Under the pieces are notes generated by a model. That model did no database searches. It saw nothing but the letters and a program-made list of their open reading frames with translations, and was not told where the DNA came from. Shown here in pieces: positions 18,873 through 20,000 of a DNA stretch of 20,000 nt. Positions within the stretch are counted from its first letter, which is position 1, and each line of letters starts with the position of its first letter. Origin of the DNA: Catajapyx aquilonaris (Eukaryota); the NCBI GenBank assembly GCA_000934665.2, contig JYFJ02001594.1, forward strand, positions 55,476 through 75,475, in the 5' to 3' direction. Made by a program: the position numbers and the translations under genes.

Positions 18873-20000
18873 GGGCGGTCACTTTTTTCGAAGAAAAAAG
18901 TCAAAAATATAAAAAGTCAATTAAATGATCAAGTGGCTTCGCTTGTGTTGTCCATCCCGGCAGCCCCCACCCTACGCACCCCATAGTCCCTACATTTGTC
19001 TTATACCAGGGAGTTCCATTCTCAAACCTATCACCCCTCCAAATATTTAACCCTACAATTTAAACTATAGGTCCTATTAAATCACAAGCAAATGCAAATG
19101 AATCGGCACACTTTTTAGGGCATTTCCAATGGTTTGTTGCAGCCTGACCTTTGACCTGAAAGGCCCTAATATTAGGTTTTTGGTCTGTGGCCAGGCCCTA
19201 CCTCGGTCTCCATCTGTCGGGTCCTTCGTAATGAGTCTGTACAGAGCACAGTACATAGACATACAGTATATCTCTCGATGTCGTGAAGCAGTATGCCCCT
19301 AACCAAATGTAGCAGTCCCAGTTGGCTGGTATCAGTATGAATGTGACGCGTGGTCACCTCCTTTGGGTCATCAGGACGGACATTCGGCATCACTGTTTCG
19401 TGGCATTGCTCTATGGATTAATAAAATAATAAATCCCCACCCGCTGCTGCTGTGGGTATGCGCGGATCGTCGACGCGCATTTAGATAGGCAAATTTTCGT
19501 GTAGGCTTGGTCACCTTCCTGTCTCTTACATATTCCCCCCTTTTCCACCCCCGCCCCGCTAGTAGGGTGGTAGGCTAGGGGCATAATGTTCACATCGAGA
19601 GATATACCGTATGTCTATGTACTATGCTCTGTACAGACTCATTACGAAAGCCCCGACAGATGGAGACCGAGGTAGGGTCTGGCGCCGGACCAAATACCTA
19701 ATATTAGGGCCTTTCAGGTCAAAGGTCAGCCTGCAACAATACATTGGAATTGACCTAAAAATTGTGCCGAATCATTTGCATGTGCTGGTGATTTAATAGG
19801 ACCTATAGTTTAAATTGTATGGTTAAATATTTGGAGGGGTGATAGGTTTGAGAATGGAACTCCCTGGTATAAGACAAATGTAGGGACTATGGGGTGCGTA
19901 GGGTGGGGGCTGCCGGGATGGACAACACAAGCGAAGCCACTTGATCATTTAATTGACGCTTTATAATTTTGACTTTTTTCTTCGAAAAAAGTGACCGCCC
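18873..20000. mobile_element. Large fold-back inverted repeat (non-autonomous DNA transposon-like), truncated by the window edge
   Basis: 18873-19281 is the reverse complement of 19592-20000 (409 bp, 22 mismatches by hand count, no indels). Weaker pairing continues to 19301/19576, leaving a spacer of about 275 bp. No transposase-like ORF. Confidence 0.9.

Noticed and set aside
19340..19405. Hammerhead ribozyme-like words on the minus strand (CGAAAC...GTC...CTGATGA)
   Set aside because: Only 4 nt lie between the GUC and CUGAUGA, so stem I cannot form, and the stem II arms are not complementary.
19077..19796. Paired 61-aa ORFs (19077-19262 minus, 19611-19796 plus)
   Set aside because: They are mirror images created by the inverted repeat and show no transposase or other domain features.

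Overview
Eukaryotic, intron-containing, AT-rich DNA from an invertebrate animal, probably an arthropod (inferred from protein style and repeat types). Two protein-coding genes lie head-to-head. (1) Minus strand: the first two coding exons of a neutral/alkaline ceramidase (3510-3644, 3308-3451); I could not find the remaining exons in 1-3307, so they presumably lie left of the window. (2) Plus strand: a complete collagen prolyl 4-hydroxylase alpha subunit in 8 coding exons (13404-17124, 1626 nt, 541 aa), with all splice phases consistent and the HxD...H...K catalytic set intact. Introns and the intergenic region hold small inverted-repeat elements (MITE-like), AT-rich minisatellites and a tRNA-derived SINE-like copy. 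Downstream of P4HA are a decayed I-group LINE 3' fragment, a piggyBac-like terminus and a large fold-back inverted repeat (arms of at least 409 bp, about 95% identical) that runs off the right edge. The best leads are two upstream mini-exons that would splice in frame to add 29 aa before the P4HA signal peptide, an intronic hairpin that buries a perfect but frameshifting 5' splice site, and the fold-back element. I found no convincing evidence of a wholly new multi-gene system. All counts were made by hand.
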